Source of the DNA: a virus
Length of the DNA: 64,000 nt
IMG/VR virus record: IMGVR_UViG_3300042691_041392
Direction: 5' to 3' (one strand)
The notes below the pieces were generated by a model, which saw only the letters and a list, made by a program, of their open reading frames with translations, was not told where the DNA came from and did no database searches. Positions 42,844 to 52,983 of this stretch are shown here, in pieces; positions within the stretch are counted from its first letter, which is position 1; every line of letters starts with the position of its first letter. A program made the translations under genes and the position numbers.

Positions 42844-43416
42844 ATGGGTAATATTAAGAGTTTTGATTCATTCAACGAAGAGAAAAAATGGATTAAAGAT
42901 GCGATTAAAAATCCAGGAGCTTTAAAAAAATCTTTAGGTAAAGGAGAAGATGATAAATTGACTAAATCTGAAATTGATTCAGAATTGAAAAAGCTTAAAG
43001 CTAAGGATAAAGATAAAGAAAAACCAGGTACACAACTTGGTAAAAAGGATGCTACTAAAAAAAGAAGATTAGAATTAGCTAAAACTTTAAGAAGTCTTAA
43101 AGAACATAAAGAAACTAATAACTATATGTTCTTTGGAAATCTTCAAACAATCAAAAGATTGGTTGATGAGATGTTAGAAATGGATGAAACAGAATTAGAC
43201 GCAATTCTTTCTGAACATAACTGGGCTTTAGATCACATCGCAACTTCCAAAGATGATGTTGAAGAAGTTTTCAATTTTTTAGCTGGACATGAGTCACCAA
43301 AATCTGCTGAGGAAAAACCATTATTAGGTGGACCAGAATCATCACACACAGTTCATGATAGAACGGCTAAAAATTTTAGAGGTGATTGGACTACACAAGG
43401 TGAACCACCAATGTAA
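42844..43416 (+). CDS. Two-module putative head protein with tag
   Basis: MGNIKSFDSFNEE, basic KWIKDAIKNPGAL...LAKTLR module, then LKE and an acidic helical module. Confidence 0.6.
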   Translation: MGNIKSFDSFNEEKKWIKDAIKNPGALKKSLGKGEDDKLTKSEIDSELKKLKAKDKDKEKPGTQLGKKDATKKRRLELAKTLRSLKEHKETNNYMFFGNLQTIKRLVDEMLEMDETELDAILSEHNWALDHIATSKDDVEEVFNFLAGHESPKSAEEKPLLGGPESSHTVHDRTAKNFRGDWTTQGEPPM

Positions 43417-43431
43417 AAAATAATTTAAAAT

Positions 43432-44034
43432 ATGTACACAAGAGAACAAATAGAAGCAGCTGTAAAAGCAAAAGGATATGTTTGGTTTGAAGATAGTTCA
43501 AACAAAGGATTTGATGTGAATATAGTTGGTGTTAGAAACAACGCACCTTCAGTAGCTGATAAAGTAACAAATGTATTTGATGATTTTCTTACAATTTCAT
43601 ACAAAGAAAATGGAGTTTGGAAATTTTTCATTTGGAATGCAACAACAGATCCAGGTAAAAAAGGAGTTCAACAATTTCATAATAAAAAAGGTGTTGCTAG
43701 ACTTATTCCTAATCAATATAGAAGTGTTTGGTCAATTGCAAAACACCAAGGTAAATATGATGCATTATGTCAAAGAAATGGAAATGTTAAAGTTTGGAGA
43801 GATGCTAATAAAGATCTTATTTTTGAAGAAAAGGTTGTAGATGAAGGAATTTTCGGAATAAATATTCACAAATCAGGATTAGACTCAACTTGGGTAGAAA
43901 ATTGGTCAGAAGGATGTCAAGTATTTAAGAGAGTTAAAGATTTTGACGTATTTATGTCTATCTGTAAAAAAGCGTCTAAAATACATGGGAATAAGTTCTC
44001 ATACACACTAATCGAATCAACAGATATTAAATAA
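43432..44034 (+). CDS. Putative cell-wall enzyme with an L,D-transpeptidase-like catalytic motif
   Basis: GINIH...WSEGCQV (H...SxGC), TTDPG. Confidence 0.55.
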   Translation: MYTREQIEAAVKAKGYVWFEDSSNKGFDVNIVGVRNNAPSVADKVTNVFDDFLTISYKENGVWKFFIWNATTDPGKKGVQQFHNKKGVARLIPNQYRSVWSIAKHQGKYDALCQRNGNVKVWRDANKDLIFEEKVVDEGIFGINIHKSGLDSTWVENWSEGCQVFKRVKDFDVFMSICKKASKIHGNKFSYTLIESTDIK

Positions 44035-44035
44035 T

Positions 44036-44062
44036 AAAAACCCTCGAAATGAGGGTTTTTTT
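44036..44062 (+). terminator. Terminator
   Basis: AAAAACCCTC-gaaat-GAGGGTTTTT. Confidence 0.8.
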
Positions 44063-44105
44063 ATTATCACAAAAAACATTTGACAAACATCCATATAAAA
44101 TACTT

Positions 44106-44351
44106 ATGGATAAAACTGAAGAAATAAAAATATATATTGAGTATCTTTTAGAAAGATATATTCAATTTTACGAGCTATCAAAATCAACAGAATCATTTAA
44201 ATATGATATAATGGAAGAAATTGATAAAATATCTGAGTCTATGAATATAATACTCAATTCAATTGAGTTTAAAACACCAACCGATTTAGATCTTAGAGAA
44301 TATGTTAGAGATTTTAAATTAAATAAATTATTAAAAGATGGAAAAGATTAG
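44106..44351 (+). CDS. Small protein with RDxKL motif; probable start 44106
   Basis: VRDFKLNKLLK; the upstream predicted start lies inside the terminator. Confidence 0.6.
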   Translation: MDKTEEIKIYIEYLLERYIQFYELSKSTESFKYDIMEEIDKISESMNIILNSIEFKTPTDLDLREYVRDFKLNKLLKDGKD

Positions 44352-44787
44352 TGATTTGATAGAATTTCTCTTTGAAAGAAAAGATGATGAACGAGTTGAG
44401 ATAACAATTGATAAAAAATATGGACATAAAAACTTTTACATCAAGTTTCACCCAGATCAAGAACCAGAAGATACAAATAACTTAAATACTCAAAGTCCTT
44501 TTTCTTCAATGAAAGGAGTTTTTGGTTTTGGTGGTTATAACGGACTAACAATTCACTTTGATTTAAGAAATGAGTGTATTATAGTACAAAGAAGAAATAA
44601 CTATATTGTGGAAGATATAGAACTTTTAAATAAATGGGTTGATATTTTAGATAAATATTTAAAAGATAAATTCAATTCTGAAATAGATAGTATTATAGAT
44701 GATACATTTTCTAGTTGTTATAAAAAAGATATTATAAGAGAATGGAAAATGAAAAAAATATTAGATGATAGAGATGAATCTTTATAA
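44338..44787 (+). CDS. Hypothetical protein with RExK motif
   Basis: IIREWKMKKILDD. Confidence 0.6.
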   Translation: MEKISDLIEFLFERKDDERVEITIDKKYGHKNFYIKFHPDQEPEDTNNLNTQSPFSSMKGVFGFGGYNGLTIHFDLRNECIIVQRRNNYIVEDIELLNKWVDILDKYLKDKFNSEIDSIIDDTFSSCYKKDIIREWKMKKILDDRDESL

Positions 44788-45268
44788 CCAAGAAGAATTA
44801 GATAGAATTCAAAAAGTAAGAGAAACAAACGATAAATTAGAAGAGTTTTTTAACGAAAAAAGAGCAGAATGGAATAAGAATGTTGAACCACTTTTTAAAG
44901 TTTTGAATATTGATATTTCAAATCCAACTAACTTTAAAGAAATATTAGATGCTCAAGCGATTTCATTATCATTTAAACAAATGATAAATGAAAATATTAA
45001 CTACTTTTTAAATAAGAGAAGTAGAGAAACTACAAAAATAAAGAAAATAAGACAAGATAAATTTATCTTTTACGCAACAAATTTTGGTGTCAAAACAAAT
45101 ATGGGCGAAAAAGCCATCTTGATAGATGCTCACTTAGCTGAAAATGATCGTTGTTTAGAATTAATTGAAAGTTATATAACCTTTCTACGAGATACAGTTA
45201 AAAACTTAGAAGCTTTTGGATTTACAATAAAAAATATGACTGAATTATTAAATTATTTAGGTAGATAA
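44765..45268 (+). CDS. UvsY-like recombination mediator
   Basis: Helical 167 aa ending FLRDTVKNLEAFGFTIKNM, similar to the UvsY C-terminal F.IKNAI. Confidence 0.5.
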   Translation: MIEMNLYNQEELDRIQKVRETNDKLEEFFNEKRAEWNKNVEPLFKVLNIDISNPTNFKEILDAQAISLSFKQMINENINYFLNKRSRETTKIKKIRQDKFIFYATNFGVKTNMGEKAILIDAHLAENDRCLELIESYITFLRDTVKNLEAFGFTIKNMTELLNYLGR

Positions 45269-45299
45269 AAAAAACCACTATTTTAAATAGTGGTTTTTT
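45267..45299. terminator. Bidirectional terminator
   Basis: AAAAAACCACTATTT...AAATAGTGGTTTTTT inverted repeat. Confidence 0.8.
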
Positions 45300-46371
45300 C
45301 ATTTAATAACATTTTATCAAAATATTCTTTGAATATTTTATGATCTACAGCAACAGATATTCTACTACAATTATCATAAACTCGATTTTTTATCAAAGAG
45401 AAGTTATTAAGAGGAACACTTGAAATTCTATTTCTTAATAATCTTTCATATGCTAAATTAATAACCGCGAATGGACCAATAGGACATTTAGTATAATCAT
45501 CAAATAAAAGATTATGACCTACTAAATAATCAATATTTTTCTTAATATTATCTTTAGTAATTTCTTGATACTCATTTATGATTTTATCATTATCTAATAA
45601 CTTAGAAATAATATACTGAGGTAAAACAGATGTTGAATTCCATTTATATAAAGCTTTTATTTTTAAAGTTTTATACAAATTCTCATTTTTAGTTGCTAAA
45701 TAACCAACTCTATAACCTGATAATCCAACAGATTTTGAAAATGAACTAACAACAACAATATTATCATGTAACGAATCGGATAATCCATTATTTGGATTAT
45801 TAAATAAGTAATAATAAGGTAAATCTAAAATAACAGTAACATTTTGAGATTTTGACCAATTTAAAAATCTTTTAATTGTATCTAAGTCTGGTGTATAACC
45901 AGTTGGATTTGAAGGATAGCACAACATAACAATACCATTAGTCTGATTAAATTTGTCTAAATCAAAATCATCAAAAGTTAATATATTTTTATTATGTGTT
46001 TTTAATATCTTGTTCCAAGATCCCCAATGAAAATTTGGTATATAAACATTTTCTTCAGCTAATGAATTTATAATCAAATCAAGAGCTGCCATTCCACCAG
46101 GTGTTATAATAACCTCATGTTTATCTAAATTAAATTTAGACTTTACTTTTTGAATTAAATCAGGATAACCATCATTACCAGAGTATTGTTGTAATTTTGG
46201 ATTATTTAGGTTTAGATTTAAATTAACAGATTCAATATCTATGTTTGTAACATCCATCACACCTCTGTGGAGTTTTAGATATTTAAGTCCAGATTCGTTT
46301 TCTAACTTTTGGACATCTTCACCAATTTTAACGATTGATGAATAGGTTACATTTGCTTCGTTTATTCTCAT
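45283..46371 (-). CDS. PLP-dependent class I/II aminotransferase
   Basis: PSNPTG, ILDLPY, SFSKSVGLSGYRVGY. Confidence 0.88.
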   Translation of the reverse strand: MRINEANVTYSSIVKIGEDVQKLENESGLKYLKLHRGVMDVTNIDIESVNLNLNLNNPKLQQYSGNDGYPDLIQKVKSKFNLDKHEVIITPGGMAALDLIINSLAEENVYIPNFHWGSWNKILKTHNKNILTFDDFDLDKFNQTNGIVMLCYPSNPTGYTPDLDTIKRFLNWSKSQNVTVILDLPYYYLFNNPNNGLSDSLHDNIVVVSSFSKSVGLSGYRVGYLATKNENLYKTLKIKALYKWNSTSVLPQYIISKLLDNDKIINEYQEITKDNIKKNIDYLVGHNLLFDDYTKCPIGPFAVINLAYERLLRNRISSVPLNNFSLIKNRVYDNCSRISVAVDHKIFKEYFDKMLLNEKTTI

Positions 46372-46721
46372 AATAAGTCAGGTATATTTTCTTCTAAAAA
46401 TTTTTTAATTTCTTTTAATTTATTTAATGATGTATTAACATCTAATTGGATTCTCCACTTCTTTACCTCATCATCAACATTAATAGGCATTTCCTCAACA
46501 ACTAAATTCAACTCTTGATCGTTAACCGGCTCGAATAACAATTCATCATCAGATTTTAAGTTTAACATATTATCAAAAGTCATAAAATGATCTGATCCAT
46601 TAACCCCAGTTATATGATAATTACCCGACTCATCTGGTGTGAAGATGTGACCTTTATCATAGATTTTAACTTTGTCTAAAAAATCATTGATAAACCAATC
46701 TTTTTTTAATCGAAATTTCAT
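46368..46721 (-). CDS. Hypothetical protein
   Basis: 117-aa ORF coupled to the aminotransferase. Confidence 0.6.
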   Translation of the reverse strand: MKFRLKKDWFINDFLDKVKIYDKGHIFTPDESGNYHITGVNGSDHFMTFDNMLNLKSDDELLFEPVNDQELNLVVEEMPINVDDEVKKWRIQLDVNTSLNKLKEIKKFLEENIPDLL

Positions 46722-46739
46722 ACTGATTATATATTTTTT

Positions 46740-47612
46740 TCACAAAAATAGTTTATTAAAATCATTTTCCCAAATAGAGATAATATTAAAACCCATCTTA
46801 ACTAGATTATTTTCTTTATTTAATGTTTTTTTATATAATTCACCAAATGTCTTTTTCAAAACATTATTATAATCATTTTGTTTAAAAACATCTGGATTGC
46901 CATGCCAAAAATCACCATTGAATTCATAAACAGTTTTAGTTTCAGGATCATATCCATCAACTATATACTCACCTATTCTAACTTGTCTCTCTGATATATT
47001 TAGAGAATCTAACCATTTATTTTCCTTTACACCAAAATTATCACCACATTCCGGACAACCTTGACCAAATAAATGATTTTTAGCTCTTTGTTCAAATGAA
47101 TCATGATGTTTGCAAATTATTAATATTTTTGACCTTAAATTTTTATACCGAACCAAACTATAATCATATTTATAGTTATGCACCAAATTACATCTTTCGA
47201 TAAAATAGTCTTGACTTAATCTATTTTTTTCAGTGGCACAAAAAGAACAACCTTTACCACTTAGATGATTAGTTGGTGATTGGTTAAAATCACCGTGTAT
47301 TCTACAAGTTATTACAACATTTTTATGAGATCCAGTATATATTGTATTTTTGTATAAATATTTATCACCATGTACTTTCTTAGATAGTTCTATAAATTTA
47401 TCAGAATCATATTTTTTAGATTTTTTACAAAAATAACAACCTCGCCCTCTGAGATGATTAGATGCTCTTTGTTCAAAAGGTCTATGTATCATACAATTAA
47501 TAATAATCTTTTCAGATGATTTAGTATAATTAACTAAAGAATAGTCATATTTATCACCATGTATTTTTATAGATTCTCTTATAAAATCATTATTATCGAA
47601 TTTAACACTCAT
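46740..47612 (-). mobile_element. Homing-type endonuclease: three DUF723-like Zn repeats plus a Vsr/PD-(D/E)XK domain
   Basis: HGDKYDYS...C..H..F.Q....HL.G.GC..C three times; VDGYD...EFNGDFWHG. Confidence 0.78.
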
Positions 47613-47751
47613 TATTTTTAATAATTTTTACCTCATGATAGATATATCTACCGGATGGTAAAATCTCAACTTCTATCCATCCTCTTTTAACCCAATTACT
47701 CAATGTATTTCTAGTAATTTTATATTTCTCCATTATTTCTTTAGCTTTCAT
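47602..47751 (-). CDS. 49-aa MerR/IS607-type helix-turn-helix protein, not in the ORF track
   Basis: Manual translation MKAKEIMEKYKITRNTLSNWVKRGWIEVEILPSGRYIYHEVKIIKNNEC*. Confidence 0.7.
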   Translation of the reverse strand: MKAKEIMEKYKITRNTLSNWVKRGWIEVEILPSGRYIYHEVKIIKNNEC

Positions 47752-47780
47752 AATGTATATATTAAAATATTTTTACTCTT

Positions 47781-47814
47781 TTTGTATATTTTTAAACATT
47801 TTTGTATATATTTG
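47781..47814 (+). promoter_or_regulatory. Bacteroidota-type host promoter
   Basis: TTTG-N22-TATATTTG upstream of the peptidase. Confidence 0.55.
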
Positions 47815-47836
47815 TTAAATAAATTAAAATATAAAC

Positions 47837-48922
47837 ATGAAAATAAACGAAGATTTTTTAAAAGATTATCTAAATTCAAATGGTCCTGTTGGCTTTGAGT
47901 ATGAACTCGATGGTTGTGAAAAAACTACACAAAAATTATGGATGGAGTATATCTCAAAATATGTTGATAAAGTAGAGATTGATAACTACGGAACTGCTTA
48001 TGGTATTACTGGTAATTTGGATTCTGATTTCAAAGTTGTAATTGAAAGCCATTGCGACGAAATCAGTTGGTTTGTTAAACACATTGATTCTAAAGGTTAC
48101 ATCAAAGTAATCAGAAATGGTGGTTCAGATTCTCAAATAGCACCATCAATGAGAGTTACCCTATGGGGTGATAATGGTCCAGTTGAAGGTATTTTTGGAC
48201 ACCCAGCAATTCATATTTCTTATCGTAAAAAAGAAGTAGATTTAGATTCTATCTTCATCGATGTTGGTGCATCTTCTAAACAAGATGTTTTAGATATGGG
48301 TATTAATATTGGTACAGTAGCAACATTCACTGATGGGTTTATGAAGTTAGGAAAAGACTACTATACAGGTAGAGCATTAGACAACCGTATTGGTGGGTTT
48401 ATGATTGCTGAAGTTGCTCGTAGATTAAAAGAGAAGGGTAAAGAATTACCATTCAAACTTTATATCGTGAACTCTGTTCAAGAAGAAGTTGGTTTATGTG
48501 GAGCTTCTATGATTACAGAAACTATTAAACCAAACGTAGCAATCATCACCGATGTTTGTCACGAAACATCAGCACCTTGTTACAACGCATCTAAAGAAGG
48601 TGAAAATGTAGCTGGTAAAGGTGGTGTTATTACAAGAGCCCCAGCTGTACATAACAAATTAAGAAAGTTAGTATTGGATGTAGCAACTAAAAAAGAAATT
48701 CCTTTCCAATTAGCGGCTTCTTCAAGATCAACTGGTACCGATACAGATGCTTTCGCATTCTCAAATGGTGGTGTACCATCAGTATTGATTTCAATGCCAT
48801 TGAAATACATGCACACAACGGTTGAAACTTGTCACAAAGATGATGTTAAAAATGTTATTAAGTTGATTTATCATACTTTATTAAACATTGAAGAAAATCA
48901 TAATTTTAAATACAATGCTTAA
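47837..48922 (+). CDS. M42 family aminopeptidase
   Basis: SHCDEI, ALDNRIG, QEEVG, ITDV, TGTDTD, KYMHT. Confidence 0.9.
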   Translation: MKINEDFLKDYLNSNGPVGFEYELDGCEKTTQKLWMEYISKYVDKVEIDNYGTAYGITGNLDSDFKVVIESHCDEISWFVKHIDSKGYIKVIRNGGSDSQIAPSMRVTLWGDNGPVEGIFGHPAIHISYRKKEVDLDSIFIDVGASSKQDVLDMGINIGTVATFTDGFMKLGKDYYTGRALDNRIGGFMIAEVARRLKEKGKELPFKLYIVNSVQEEVGLCGASMITETIKPNVAIITDVCHETSAPCYNASKEGENVAGKGGVITRAPAVHNKLRKLVLDVATKKEIPFQLAASSRSTGTDTDAFAFSNGGVPSVLISMPLKYMHTTVETCHKDDVKNVIKLIYHTLLNIEENHNFKYNA

Positions 48923-48929
48923 TTAAAAG

Positions 48930-48957
48930 AAAAACCTCTCATTTGAGAGGTTTTTTT
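48930..48957. terminator. Bidirectional terminator
   Basis: AAAAACCTCTC-attt-GAGAGGTTTTT. Confidence 0.85.
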
Positions 48958-49192
48958 ATTTATTTCTTTTTTCTACATCCTTTTCAAGAGCAGCATACAT
49001 TCTTTCCAATTCAGTATCATCCATTTCTTCCAAATCATCATCTTCAAAACCAGATATAACTTCTAGTGGCTCTTCCATTTCCTCTCTATCCAATTCATCA
49101 TTATTAGATTTAACATCATCTAGATAAGGAAATTTATCTTCTGGATGTGGATTAAAGTTTTTAAATTCTTTTAAATAACTTAACTTCTTCAT
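48956..49192 (-). CDS. Small acidic protein with tag-like N-terminus
   Basis: MKKLSYLKEFKNFN. Confidence 0.55.
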   Translation of the reverse strand: MKKLSYLKEFKNFNPHPEDKFPYLDDVKSNNDELDREEMEEPLEVISGFEDDDLEEMDDTELERMYAALEKDVEKRNK

Positions 49193-49686
49193 TATTTTCT
49201 TTTCTTTTTTCTAGCTTTAGCCGCCTTTGCTTTAGCCCATAACGCAGCATCGGCTTTACGAGCACCACCAGCACCCGTAATAAATGAGTTTACTCTACCC
49301 ATTCCCCATTGATGTTGAGCAACACCTGGTCTATGACCAGCATTCCAAGCTTGCATTCCTTTAGCAAAAACTTTTCTTAAAATACCCATTGGTATTCCAG
49401 AGGCTTTTGATTTCTTTTTCAAAGAAGCAGTAACTCCTGATTTTTTAGATTCTTCTAATTCCTCTAACTCGTCTGGATAATTACACTCAGGACATCCACA
49501 CTCACAGTCTTTTTCACCGGTACACACTGGACAACATCCACATCCTTCATAAGAATAAGGATCATATTCTTCTTCATCGTCAAAATACTCATCTCCTTCA
49601 GGATTGATTCGAGTACCAAACATAGTTTTTCTATCACTAAATTCTTCTTCAGATTCAAAGTTTTCAAATAATTTTAAATATTTCAT
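49192..49686 (-). CDS. Tagged protein: Cys cluster plus DUF5824-like basic C-module
   Basis: MKYLKLFENFE; CGCCPVC...CECGCPEC; SGIPMGILRKVF.KG..AW..GHRPG...WG.GRVNSF. Confidence 0.65.
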   Translation of the reverse strand: MKYLKLFENFESEEEFSDRKTMFGTRINPEGDEYFDDEEEYDPYSYEGCGCCPVCTGEKDCECGCPECNYPDELEELEESKKSGVTASLKKKSKASGIPMGILRKVFAKGMQAWNAGHRPGVAQHQWGMGRVNSFITGAGGARKADAALWAKAKAAKARKKKRK

Positions 49687-49708
49687 TAATCTTTATTTTA
49701 TTTTTTAA

Positions 49709-50017
49709 TTACCAACCAGCGTTACATAATTCATCACAGAACTCATTCCAATCGTCTTCACCTGGAAAAGAATTAGGAAACTCAGTTTCTAACATGTAGA
49801 TTTCAGCTTCTGACTCATCCATCATATTTTTATAATTGTTTAATCTATCAATAAACTCATCATTTGTAGGATAAGCTTCTAAGAACTCATGAAAGAAATC
49901 ATTATCTAATAATTTATACCATTTCTCAGCAACTTCATCAGTTGTTCTAGCATCATCATCATAATATTCGTCATTTTGTGACTCATCAAAGTTTTCAAAT
50001 AATTTTAAGTATTTCAT
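49709..50017 (-). CDS. Small acidic tagged protein
   Basis: MKYLKLFENFDE. Confidence 0.65.
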   Translation of the reverse strand: MKYLKLFENFDESQNDEYYDDDARTTDEVAEKWYKLLDNDFFHEFLEAYPTNDEFIDRLNNYKNMMDESEAEIYMLETEFPNSFPGEDDWNEFCDELCNAGW

Positions 50018-50036
50018 AATCTTTATTTTTTATTTT

Positions 50037-50600
50037 TTATTTATCACCAAACATTCTTTGGTAGGCTTTTGTAGCAGCCGACTTTTTAGTTTTTACTCTT
50101 TTTCCAACTCCACCTTTACCAGATGTATAGTCAGCATCCCAATCTTTTTTATATTCTTTTTTACCTCTAAAAGTATCAATCTCTTTTTTCATCTTACCTG
50201 GATTTTTAGTTAAGTATTTACCCGGTATTTTACGACCTTTATATCTCTGAGCCTTAACACGTTCAGATATATTTAGTATCATTTGTATATCTTTCTCAAT
50301 CATATCAAGACCTTCGTCAACCGATTCAACTTCACTTTCGAAGTCTAAACTATCACCAGCGAACTTTTTTATTTGTAGATCATCAATATCAAACTCCCAT
50401 CTTAATTGTAAATCATCTTTTTTAAAATTTACAACCAATTGATGATCATTTTTATTTTCCCATTCATAAATTAAATTCTGTCCACTCTCATCAGAAATAC
50501 TTTGAATTAAATCATATAACTCTTGCATTTTAACATCAACTAAGCTTTCAGAATTGTCTATAAATTCCTCATTAATAAATTCTAACCACTTTTTAATCAT
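50037..50600 (-). CDS. Tagged protein with an acidic N-module and a basic C-module
   Basis: MIKKWLEFINEE; KIPGKYL...KTKKSAATKAYQRMFG. Confidence 0.65.
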   Translation of the reverse strand: MIKKWLEFINEEFIDNSESLVDVKMQELYDLIQSISDESGQNLIYEWENKNDHQLVVNFKKDDLQLRWEFDIDDLQIKKFAGDSLDFESEVESVDEGLDMIEKDIQMILNISERVKAQRYKGRKIPGKYLTKNPGKMKKEIDTFRGKKEYKKDWDADYTSGKGGVGKRVKTKKSAATKAYQRMFGDK

Positions 50601-50665
50601 GATTTATATATTAATAAACAAAACTCATTTTTGATAATATATCATGTAGAAATTAAATCTGTAAA

Positions 50666-51445
50666 ATGGATAAAATAAAATTTAAAGTAAAAACAGAAAA
50701 GTTTGGTGACTTCTTGAAGAAACTAGAAGACCTAACTAAAATATCACCTACAATAAAACTAAAAATTGATAATGATGATATCTTAATCTATTCTGTTTTA
50801 GGTAAAGCTGCTGTTTTAGCATTCAAAAACTATATGTTTAAAACATCTGATTTATTTGAAATGAAAGATGAATTAGAAAATACATTTGATATCGTTATTT
50901 TAGAAGGTAAAAAGTTTGTTAAAAACTTAGAGTTTCTACAAAGTAATGAGAAAATTACATTTGAAATCTCATATAAACAAAATCATGATGATGATACTGT
51001 TATGGATGCAAGAGCTATTCAATTAGTTGGTGGTAAACTAAAGATTAATTTGATCGCTGGTGAACATTATGAGATTAGAGATATGAATAAAACATCTTTA
51101 TCTAAAGGTTTAGATCTTAAAAACAAAAAATGGAGTTTCTCAATAAAAAGAAATGATTATTTAGATATTAAAAAGTTATCTTCTATTAACGGTACTAAAC
51201 TATTAAATATAAACGTAGTTAAAGGTTTAGTTAAAATGACTGAGACATCAGCTTGGGAACTAGAAATTGATGAAATTGAAGATAGAAATGCTAGTTTTAT
51301 CTTAAATAAAAAATTCCTTTCTTGTATAAATGATAGTAAAGAAGAAATAACATTTCACATATTTGAAACATTTATGCTAATAAAAGACGAGGAATCAAAC
51401 TTAATGCTTTCATTCGAACAAGACTGGTCTGATGATGATGTTTAA
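50666..51445 (+). CDS. Probable DNA sliding clamp (gp45/PCNA-like)
   Basis: 259 aa with a two-domain alpha/beta pattern; near the polymerase; acidic tail. Confidence 0.5.
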   Translation: MDKIKFKVKTEKFGDFLKKLEDLTKISPTIKLKIDNDDILIYSVLGKAAVLAFKNYMFKTSDLFEMKDELENTFDIVILEGKKFVKNLEFLQSNEKITFEISYKQNHDDDTVMDARAIQLVGGKLKINLIAGEHYEIRDMNKTSLSKGLDLKNKKWSFSIKRNDYLDIKKLSSINGTKLLNINVVKGLVKMTETSAWELEIDEIEDRNASFILNKKFLSCINDSKEEITFHIFETFMLIKDEESNLMLSFEQDWSDDDV

Positions 51446-51468
51446 TATTTATTACAAACAATATTTTA

Positions 51469-51825
51469 ATGAAGATGAATAATAGATACCAACGAAGACC
51501 ATATTATAATAAAAATGCGGCTATTGATAAAAAGAATAGAGTAATAACAATACTAATAATTGTTATTGGTGTTTTACTTTATTTTTTAAATTATCAAAGA
51601 GAAACTATTAATGGTTTAGAAGATGAAAACCTTTCTAATTTACAAGAAATTAGTGATAACACTTGTAGAATAAAAGAATTAAAAGAGGAGAATGATAGTT
51701 TAACAAAACCAGTTATTATTGTTCAACCAAAAAAAGAAGTTAAGTTCTTTAAACCAAAAACAAAAGAAAAATTAGATACAAGTACAACTAAAACTCCAAC
51801 AGTTATAGTTGATACTTTGAGATAA
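51469..51825 (+). CDS. Single-TM coiled-coil membrane protein
   Basis: VITILIIVIGVLLYFL followed by a coiled coil. Confidence 0.55.
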   Translation: MKMNNRYQRRPYYNKNAAIDKKNRVITILIIVIGVLLYFLNYQRETINGLEDENLSNLQEISDNTCRIKELKEENDSLTKPVIIVQPKKEVKFFKPKTKEKLDTSTTKTPTVIVDTLR

Positions 51826-52906
51826 ATTCTTCTTCAATTAAAGAATTTTTTATAGAATTAATAAATCTTTTCGTAATACAAAGATTATCAATAGATCCAA
51901 TTGTAATTGGATCTATTTTATTAACATATCCATAATAAACAGAAATTTTATGATCTATTGTAGGGTAAAATCTATGCGTATGTGTATATGAAGCATATCC
52001 TTTTATAAACTCATTATCATAGTAGTCAAAACCATCCCAATTTTCGTATAAAAACTTTTTATTTAATTTTGTTGTGTTTCTAACTACTTTTTTATAAGTA
52101 ACCCAATCACTTAATTCACTTTCTGGTATAATAAGTCCATTTAATTCCTTAGTTAATTTAACTTTACTTTTAATAGACTCAACCTTACTGACATTATCAA
52201 CACCATACTTCTCTAAACAAGTATTTTTTGTTTTATCGACCATCTCACTCTTTTTATTATTAAATATTGACTTCCAATAATCAGTCTTTGATAAATATTC
52301 ATTTCCATATTTTTCTTTAAAAGTACTCTTAATCTTATCTAAGATAATATCTTTATTATCAAATAATAATCTTTTAAACTCATCTGTTTTTGAATAAGAG
52401 TCCACTCCATATCTACTAATTAAAGTCTCCTTTGACTTATTACGAAATTCATCTGATGACATCCACTCTCGATTTTTAATACGCATTATATCAGTCTTAA
52501 AATAGGAATCAACACCATATCTTTCCATCATAGTCTTTTTACCTTTTTCGGATCCCTTTTTAATACCTTTCCATTTTTCACTTTCAGTTGATTTAAATTC
52601 ACTTGTCATCGAATATGATCTAACACCATACTTCTCTAAACATGTCTTTTCTTTAACATGATTTTTACAATTAAAGCAAGAATAATATCCTTTGTTATTC
52701 CTATTCATATTTATTAGATATTTTGAATATGATATTGAACTTTCGGATTTACATATATCACATATAGCAGTTACTTTGGTTTTAGATCCACTTGGTAAAT
52801 GTTCAACATCAACAATTATTTCATTATCAATTAAATATCCCAACTCAGAATAGTGAGATTTATTTCTAATATTTATTTTAACTAAAACTTTGTCTTCTTT
52901 AATCAT
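51803..52906 (-). mobile_element. Homing endonuclease with T(C/M)xE(K/R)YGV repeats and a C-terminal HNH-like domain
   Basis: About five xxYGV repeats; PTIDHKIS...NLCIT...NSIK. Confidence 0.7.
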
Positions 52907-52983
52907 ATAAACTATATAAATTTTTATTATATATAAAAACTATAAGTCCCCATTAGGACTAAATTGAAAAAAAATTAAAAAAT

